Below are positions 37,019-42,671 of a stretch of 42,671 bases of DNA, piece after piece. The stretch comes from Campylobacterota bacterium (GTDB taxonomy: Bacteria > Campylobacterota > Campylobacteria > Campylobacterales > Sulfurimonadaceae). Every line of letters starts with the position of its first letter. The stretch's first letter is position 1. The DNA lies in the NCBI GenBank assembly GCA_034717975.1, contig JAYEMF010000077.1:1-42671 (forward strand), written 5' to 3'. Position numbers and translations under genes: made by a program. A model generated the notes under the pieces. The model was not told the DNA's origin. It ran no database searches and worked only from the letters and a program-made list of their open reading frames with translations.

Positions 37019-39445
37019 CTACTCATCAATCAGAAGATGTTTGATGACCTCTTCCACACGTGAAACCGCAACGATCTCAACAACCTCTTTGACCTCATCG
37101 GGGATATCTTCAATATCACGCTCATAATTTTTCTCAGGAATAAGCACCTTGTTCATCCCTGCTTTATGCGCTGCGATCAGTTTCTCTTTCAAACCGCCTA
37201 TCGGCAGGACATTGCCGCTAAGCGAGAGCTCGCCCGTCATCGCAATGTCTGCACGCACTTTTTTATCGCTCAAGATCGAAGCCACGGCCGTTGCCATGGC
37301 AATACCCGCACTTGGTCCATCTTTTGGTGTTGCACCGTCGGGAACATGAATATGCAGGTCGTAGCGTTTGTACACTTCGCTTGCATCGACTTCGGTCTGC
37401 TCCTCATTCTCTTTAAACGTTTTAGGAATGCTAGCATGGTCAATGGAGAGTTTTTTTGTATCGATCTGGGTTTTGACCACACTCATAGCGATGCGAGCCG
37501 ACTCTTTCATCACATCACCCAGGCTTCCGGTCAGCTGCATCGTCCCTTTGCCTTTGATACGGATCACTTCGATCTTCAGGACATCACCGCCGACAGCGGT
37601 CCAGGCCAGACCATTGACCACTCCGATGCGGGGGACATTATCGGTTTTATCGATCTCGAAGACAGTCTTGTCCAGAAATGATTTCAGGTTTTTGATTGAG
37701 ACCGAAACCTTATGGATCTCCGGATTTTCCAGGATCTGCTTGGCAGATTTACGGACGATGTCAGCAATGCGGCGGCGAAGGTTGCGGACACCCGATTCTC
37801 GGGTATAGCTGTGTATAAGTTCTTTCAGCGCCGGTTTGGAGATCGACAGCTCAGAGGCTTTCAGTCCATGTTTTTTAAGCTCCTGCGGCAGCAGGTAGCG
37901 CTTGCCGATCTCGAACTTCTCCTGCGGGGTATAGCTGCTGACAGAGATAAACTCCATGCGGTCTCTCAGCGGTGCAGGAATACGGCCGACATCGTTAGCC
38001 GTAGCAATAAAGATCGCTCTGCTCAGATCAATGTTGAAGTTGAGATAGTAGTCTCTGAAGCTCGTATTCTGCTCAGGGTCAAGGATCTCCAGCAGTACAG
38101 CCGTCGGGTCGCCCCGATGCGACATAGCCACTTTATCGATCTCATCGAGGACGATCACCGGATTCATCTTCTTCGCATCGATAAGCCCCTGAACAATACG
38201 TCCCGGCATCGCACCAATGTAGGTACGGCGATGACCGCGCAGTTCATTCACATCCTCGAGACCGCCTAAAGCAATACGGATCAGCGGGCGTTTTAAAGCC
38301 GTCGCAATGGAGTTGGCCAATGAGGTCTTCCCCACACCCGGAGGGCCTGCAAAACAGAGAATAGCACCACGCCCCTCTCTGTCGCTGATACCCCGCAGTT
38401 CAAGCAGCTCTTTCACCGAGAAAAACTCGGCAATACGCTCTTTCGGTTTTTTCAGGGAGAAGTGGTCCTGATCCAGCTGGCGTTCAACATCCTGGATCTT
38501 CAGCGGTTTTTTCGCTTCATCGCCAAACGGGATATCGAGTACCCACTCTAGATAGGTCTGGATCATCCCGGCATCGGCAGAGTCCGGATGCATACGCGCA
38601 AGTCGTTCAAGCTGCTTGGCAATCTCTTTGTAGGCATCTTCGCCCATCTTCTCTTTTTTGGCTTCAAGCTTCTGACGGTACTCTTCGATCTCCTCTTCAC
38701 GCTGGGTATCGGTCCCCAGCTCCTGCTGGATCTGCTTAAGCTGCTCTTTGAGGAAGTACTCTTTATTGACCTTCTCCATACGGGTCTGGACTTTTGAGCG
38801 GATCTCTTTTTGAAGACGTGAACCTTCAATCTCTCCTATCAGCAGATCGATCAGCATCAAAAAGCGCTGTTCAATGTCTGATTCGACAAAGAGCTCGTAG
38901 GCCTGCTCTTTTTTAAGTTTTACCGTGCTGCAGATAAGATCGGCAATGCGGTTGTACTCATGATTCTCTTCGATGGTGCGCAGCAGGTCCGGCGGAAAGT
39001 AGTTACTCACCTGAGCAAGGTTTCGTACCTTTTCGCGCAACACTTCCAAAATGGCATCCATTTTCAGTTCATTTGCCGGCAGCGGCTCGATCGTGTCGAT
39101 ATGCCCTTGCAGATAGAGCTCATTTTCCACTTCATTCAAGACACGTCCGCGTGCAAGCCCCTGAAAAAGCACTTTGACCCTGCCATCAGGAAGGGCCACT
39201 TTTCGCATGATCGATCCGACGACACCGGCATCATAAAGTGCATCAAAGTCACGTTCACTCTCTCGACCCGGTTTGGTCGGACAGACGATAACAAGAGAGT
39301 TATTGTTGATCGCTTCGGCTGCTGCAGCGATATTGCTCTCATCACTTAGAAAAAGCGGAGAGATCATAAAGGGGTATAAAAAAAGCTCATCTTCGGCAAT
39401 AATCGGCAGATCTGCCGGGAATGGATCATAGTTGCTTAAGTGCAT
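37019..39445 (-). CDS. lon: ATP-dependent protease La
   Basis: GPPGVGKTS, RGHRRTYIGAMPG, PKDGPSAG catalytic Ser, IGGLKEK. Confidence 0.98.
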   Translation of the reverse strand: MHLSNYDPFPADLPIIAEDELFLYPFMISPLFLSDESNIAAAAEAINNNSLVIVCPTKPGRESERDFDALYDAGVVGSIMRKVALPDGRVKVLFQGLARGRVLNEVENELYLQGHIDTIEPLPANELKMDAILEVLREKVRNLAQVSNYFPPDLLRTIEENHEYNRIADLICSTVKLKKEQAYELFVESDIEQRFLMLIDLLIGEIEGSRLQKEIRSKVQTRMEKVNKEYFLKEQLKQIQQELGTDTQREEEIEEYRQKLEAKKEKMGEDAYKEIAKQLERLARMHPDSADAGMIQTYLEWVLDIPFGDEAKKPLKIQDVERQLDQDHFSLKKPKERIAEFFSVKELLELRGISDREGRGAILCFAGPPGVGKTSLANSIATALKRPLIRIALGGLEDVNELRGHRRTYIGAMPGRIVQGLIDAKKMNPVIVLDEIDKVAMSHRGDPTAVLLEILDPEQNTSFRDYYLNFNIDLSRAIFIATANDVGRIPAPLRDRMEFISVSSYTPQEKFEIGKRYLLPQELKKHGLKASELSISKPALKELIHSYTRESGVRNLRRRIADIVRKSAKQILENPEIHKVSVSIKNLKSFLDKTVFEIDKTDNVPRIGVVNGLAWTAVGGDVLKIEVIRIKGKGTMQLTGSLGDVMKESARIAMSVVKTQIDTKKLSIDHASIPKTFKENEEQTEVDASEVYKRYDLHIHVPDGATPKDGPSAGIAMATAVASILSDKKVRADIAMTGELSLSGNVLPIGGLKEKLIAAHKAGMNKVLIPEKNYERDIEDIPDEVKEVVEIVAVSRVEEVIKHLLIDE

Positions 39446-39488
39446 TTCATCTCCTGTGTAAAGAAATAATTAATAGTGGAGAAACGAT

Positions 39489-40292
39489 TCAGAGTGGTCT
39501 GTCGGGCCGCTGAGAGGTCATTGCCTCTTCACGCTCTTCTTGATGCTGAAGATCTTCACCCGTACCATCATTGTCAAGATCATCATCGCCGGCATGACGT
39601 GAAACAACACTCTGCGTATCAGGGATCATAAAGGCATACCAGCTCTCAGTACCGTCACCTTCAAATATCTCCCGATACCAGGCTACATCAGCCGCTTCAA
39701 CCTCTTCCCAGTTGATCCACGGCTGCGGCTTGATATTTCGGTAATACTCCGCTCCCTTTGGCTTGTCCAAGCGTTCATACAGACTGGCAATAGTCTCATT
39801 GAGCGCTGCTTCGGCAAGGTAGAGGCGTAAAAGCATCGTATCTACAACCGGTGCATACTGTGAGGTGGGATAAGTACGCTTAAATGCCTGTCCCTCTTTG
39901 ATCGCTTCTTGGATAAGTCCCTGATCACGACGCGGATTTGGCAGTGCCATATATTTGGCTTTGATCTTTAAGAACTCTGTATACTCACGCTCTTTTGGAT
40001 TGGCATAGCGCTTGATATACTCGTTTAAAAAGTGTTCGCTCAGCAGATACTCTTCATAATACATATGGGATATTGCCAGGATCAACGTAGCCTCAGCCAA
40101 TAACGGCGAACCGATATGTTCACTCTGCAGAGAGCTGTAGTAGTTGTCTGCCTTGTCCAGGTAACCATCGCCGACTGCTGCTATCATCTTTTCATACCAG
40201 TACGCAGCAGGCTGATTGTACTCATCAATATCTTTACTACAGCCTGTAAAGAGTACAACCAGGATAACGGCTGTGCCAAAAAATTTCATCAT
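39489..40292 (-). CDS. bamD: Outer membrane assembly lipoprotein BamD
   Basis: Lipobox FTGC, TPR-like helices, SEHIGSPL, PRRDQ; lon-bamD-fliW-proC synteny. Confidence 0.85.
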   Translation of the reverse strand: MMKFFGTAVILVVLFTGCSKDIDEYNQPAAYWYEKMIAAVGDGYLDKADNYYSSLQSEHIGSPLLAEATLILAISHMYYEEYLLSEHFLNEYIKRYANPKEREYTEFLKIKAKYMALPNPRRDQGLIQEAIKEGQAFKRTYPTSQYAPVVDTMLLRLYLAEAALNETIASLYERLDKPKGAEYYRNIKPQPWINWEEVEAADVAWYREIFEGDGTESWYAFMIPDTQSVVSRHAGDDDLDNDGTGEDLQHQEEREEAMTSQRPDRPL

Positions 40293-40451
40293 ATTGTATT
40301 ATTCCGTATGTTAGAGGATCTCTCGATATATTGGTTGATATTCTACCAAAATGACTTTAAACAAGGGTTTTCAGAACTACCCTAACATGGAATATGCTAC
40401 AATAATGCCAACTTAAATACAGGGGCAACTGCTCTTAATTACGGGACTGCT

Positions 40452-40844
40452 ATGCTATTTGATCTGAAAGTACCTTTACTTGGATTTGAATCCATTGAAA
40501 AAATGGAACTCGAAAAAATCGATGATATTTTTATGCGTCTGAAAACACCCGATGCGGAAGAGGCCTCCTTTACGCTTATTGATCCTTTTATTTTGCGTGA
40601 TTACGCCTTTGACATTCCGACTGCCACGCAGACGCTGATGGATATTAACGATGAGAGCAATCTTCTGATCTTCAATATTATTGTTATTCAAAATCCTATT
40701 GAGGACTCAGTGGTCAATTTTGCGGCACCGCTTGTCTTCAATACCGATAACAATACAATGGCCCAGGTTATCCTCAGCAATGACCCTGAAAATCTTGTTG
40801 CCGCGCCAATTTCAAACTTTTTACCAACCAAACAAGATGCCTAA
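40452..40844 (+). CDS. fliW: Flagellar assembly factor FliW
   Basis: PLLGFE, FTLIDPF, VVNFAAPLVFN, MAQVIL. Confidence 0.92.
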   Translation: MLFDLKVPLLGFESIEKMELEKIDDIFMRLKTPDAEEASFTLIDPFILRDYAFDIPTATQTLMDINDESNLLIFNIIVIQNPIEDSVVNFAAPLVFNTDNNTMAQVILSNDPENLVAAPISNFLPTKQDA

Positions 40845-41598
40845 AACTATCACCTTCATCGGCAATGGCAATATGGCTCTCTCTATTGCCAAAGGGCTGA
40901 AAGAGAGCTATGCCATTGAAGTGGTTGGACGCAATCACACTCATCTGGAAAGTTTTGAAAAAGAGCTGGGTGTTTCTGTCGCCAAACATTCGCTTGAGGG
41001 GTTCGATATCAGCGGTAAAACGGTATTGCTCTGTGTCAAACCGGCCAATATCACTGCCGTCGGTCAGCACTTATGCGGAAAAGCCTCTACCCTCTACTCG
41101 GTATTGGCCGGTACGTCACTGCAAACATTGGCTGAAAACATTCAGGCTGACGCCATCATCCGCACCATGCCAAACCTTGCCGCTACCGTCGGCAGATCCA
41201 TGACAACACTGACAGGAAATGATAGCCACAAAGATGAAGCCATCACCCTCTTTGGCGCCATTGGCACCACCTTGTGGGTCAACAGCGAAAAAGAGCTTGA
41301 CATTGCCACCGCCCTCGCCGGCAGCGGCCCGGCCTATCTTGCCCTCATCGCCGAAGCACTGGCTGACGGTGCTGTCAAGCAGGGTCTCAAGCGTGATGAT
41401 GCCATGACCCTTATGCGTGGCCTTTTCAGCGGATTTGGTGAATTGATCCAAAGCGAACATCCCGCCCTGCTGAAAGATGGTGTGATGAGTCCGGGCGGTA
41501 CTACTGCTGCAGGCTATAGCGCACTGGAGAGTGCAGGTGTCAGACGAGGCTGTATTGATGCGATAGCCAAAGCTTACGAGAGAGCGGAAGAGCTGTAA
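40837..41598 (+). CDS. proC: Pyrroline-5-carboxylate reductase
   Basis: FIGNGNMA, LCVKP, RTMPN, AGSGPAY, VMSPGGTT. Start MPKTI at 40837. Confidence 0.96.
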   Translation: MPKTITFIGNGNMALSIAKGLKESYAIEVVGRNHTHLESFEKELGVSVAKHSLEGFDISGKTVLLCVKPANITAVGQHLCGKASTLYSVLAGTSLQTLAENIQADAIIRTMPNLAATVGRSMTTLTGNDSHKDEAITLFGAIGTTLWVNSEKELDIATALAGSGPAYLALIAEALADGAVKQGLKRDDAMTLMRGLFSGFGELIQSEHPALLKDGVMSPGGTTAAGYSALESAGVRRGCIDAIAKAYERAEEL

Positions 41599-41600
41599 CT

Positions 41601-42422
41601 CTATATCCAGATATTATCCAATAGCCGCGTTTTACCGGCTACTGCTTCAACCAGAATAATCGTATTGCCCGCTTCAACATATTGAAGCGGTTTAAATCTA
41701 CGATCAACGATGGCTATGTGTTCCACTTCCAATGGCTGAAGTATTCCGGACATAATAGCTTCTATCTCAGCAACATCCGTTATCCCCTGTCCCACCATTT
41801 TGGCTGCCCGTTTTAACGATCTCGAGATCTTCAACGCCTCTTCACGCTCCTGAGCACTTAAGTAGACATTACGCGAACTTAACGCCAAGCCATCCTCTTC
41901 ACGAACTGTACTCATTGGAACGATAATCACATCCATAAAGAGCTGACGCACCATCTCCTGAATCAGCATCAGCTGCTGGGCATCTTTCTTACCAAAATAG
42001 GCTCTCGTCGGATTGACGATATTGATCAGTTTCATCACAACAGTCAAGACACCGCTAAAATGACCGGGACGGGATGTCCCTTCAAGAATATACCCACGAA
42101 CATCCGGAGCGCTCAGCCGTACTTCATCTTCACCATACATCGCAGTGGCATCAGGATAAAAAAGATAATCGACACCGGACAGTTCACACACTCTCCTGTC
42201 CGCCTCTTCCCGGCGCGGATATTTATCTAAATCTTCACCTTCCAGAAACTGCGTAGGGTTGACAAAGATAGAAACCACTACAATATCATTCTCCCTTTTT
42301 GCCGCTTCGATCAATTTTCTGTGACCACTGTGCAGCGCGCCCATCGTCGGAACAAACCCAACTGTCCCGTTCTCTTTTCTGAGTACATTTTTCAGTGCGT
42401 CCGGTGTATGAACTACCCTCAT
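41601..42422 (-). CDS. panC: Pantoate--beta-alanine ligase
   Basis: VPTMGALHSGH, FVNPTQF, RPGHFSGV, FGKKDAQQ, LALSSRN. Start MRVVH at 42422. Confidence 0.97.
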   Translation of the reverse strand: MRVVHTPDALKNVLRKENGTVGFVPTMGALHSGHRKLIEAAKRENDIVVVSIFVNPTQFLEGEDLDKYPRREEADRRVCELSGVDYLFYPDATAMYGEDEVRLSAPDVRGYILEGTSRPGHFSGVLTVVMKLINIVNPTRAYFGKKDAQQLMLIQEMVRQLFMDVIIVPMSTVREEDGLALSSRNVYLSAQEREEALKISRSLKRAAKMVGQGITDVAEIEAIMSGILQPLEVEHIAIVDRRFKPLQYVEAGNTIILVEAVAGKTRLLDNIWI

Positions 42423-42464
42423 CTTTTTAAGCCTCGATTGAATATAATCGCAATTATAACTTAT

Positions 42465-42671
42465 GGGCACCTCTAAAAACCCTGGATATCATCAGCGTTA
42501 CATACATTTTCGTGATCAAGGCAGGTTCTTGTCAGCGTAGCAGAGCTACGGTGGCAAGGTTCTAACGCAGACTCACGGACATGTATGTAACGCCCTTCGG
42601 GAGGGCAAATAAGGCACAATCTTCCGTCCTAAAATCTCTTGAATTACCTATGGGTAGTCCTTCAAAATTTT
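42465..42671. repeat. Structured palindromic repeat, probable MITE, truncated by the window end
   Basis: Perfect 13-bp IR GCGTTACATACAT (42495-42507 / 42581-42593) closing a ~100-nt hairpin; starts with a GGGCACCTCTAAAAAC terminal-like sequence. Confidence 0.6.

Noticed and set aside
836..42256. Numerous antisense and alternate-frame ORFs in the track (e.g. 37712-38269, 24004-24507, 17456-17929)
   Set aside because: All overlap well-supported genes and show no recognisable motifs; treated as shadow ORFs.

Overview
Chromosomal window from a Campylobacterota bacterium, probably Sulfurimonas/Sulfuricurvum-like (inferred from gene content and synteny). Housekeeping blocks (M16 peptidase-mqnC-nusB-ribH-kdsA-DMT, der, hemJ, trxC, hpf, trpS, argF-hemB-ribA-rsmG, alr, lon-bamD-fliW-proC-panC) are interspersed with accessory genes. 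The main accessory locus is a complete clade II nitrous oxide respiration cluster: cytochrome c-fused nosZ, nosB-D-G-C1-C2-H-F-L-Y, a second degenerate nosL, a CopD-like gene and an OprC/NosA-type copper TonB receptor. Most notable observations: (1) a stand-alone exported NIT-like (nitrate/nitrite-sensing) protein with no output domain, divergent from a pentaheme cytochrome c; (2) three Crp/Fnr (Nss)-type boxes at class II spacing upstream of the NIT gene, nosB and the CopD-like gene; (3) a ~70-nt hairpin in the predicted nosZ leader; (4) an 18-bp motif shared by the nosZ and nosA promoters; (5) a DUF1538-DUF1538-PII-like fusion between ribA and rsmG; (6) three unrelated MITE-like palindromic elements; (7) four probable leaderless genes. 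No rRNA, tRNA, CRISPR or transposase was recognised. All family assignments come from motif recognition by eye, not from database searches.
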